In this document: positions 64,000 to 64,000 of the stretch, piece after piece | Numbering within the stretch: position 1 is the stretch's first letter | Layout of the letters: every line of letters begins with the position of its first letter | Assembly: GCA_018898455.1 (NCBI GenBank) | Contig: JAHIJO010000014.1 | Span: 1,560-65,559, forward strand | From: Verrucomicrobiota bacterium | GTDB taxonomy: Bacteria; Verrucomicrobiota; Kiritimatiellia; JAAZAB01 | Reading direction: 5' to 3' | DNA: 64,000 bases | The notes under the pieces: model-generated | The model's input: the letters and a program-made list of their open reading frames with translations, nothing else | What the model was told of the DNA's origin: nothing | The model's database searches: none | Made by a program: the position numbers and the translations under genes

Positions 64000-64000
64000 T

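Overview
Bacterial chromosomal window of about 55% GC, estimated by eye; a PVC-superphylum (Kiritimatiellia/Lentisphaerae-like) origin is only a weak inference from gene content. The left flank carries amrB, ppx, ppk1, rtcB, an MFS-HEAT fusion, an SGNH hydrolase and a TRL lipoprotein. A large surface-glycan biosynthesis region (about 10.6-46.8 kb) encodes GDP-heptose enzymes, SDRs, two DegT aminotransferases, a TPP E1alpha/beta pair, radical SAM and O-methyltransferases, glycosyltransferases, a flippase and a YfhO-like membrane protein. The right flank is mostly housekeeping (frameshifted prfB, yicC, gmk, coaC, coaB, ABC-F, cls, rlmM-like). The most striking signal is that all three GxxExxY (PD-(D/E)XK) nuclease genes, and a GIY-YIG gene, are tightly framed by their own 20-31 bp inverted repeats. 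The GxxExxY arms are built from short repeated units, and gene-less copies of such arms occur elsewhere in the window. One cassette interrupts the YfhO-like gene, and its exact removal turns the TAG stop into TAC and restores a single in-frame ORF of about 874 aa. Other notable features are a nested palindromic in-frame insertion in a nucleotidyltransferase, a covarying double-hairpin repeat, a tRNA-Sec 3' fragment and several decayed genes. All calls come from motif recognition by eye; no database searches were run.
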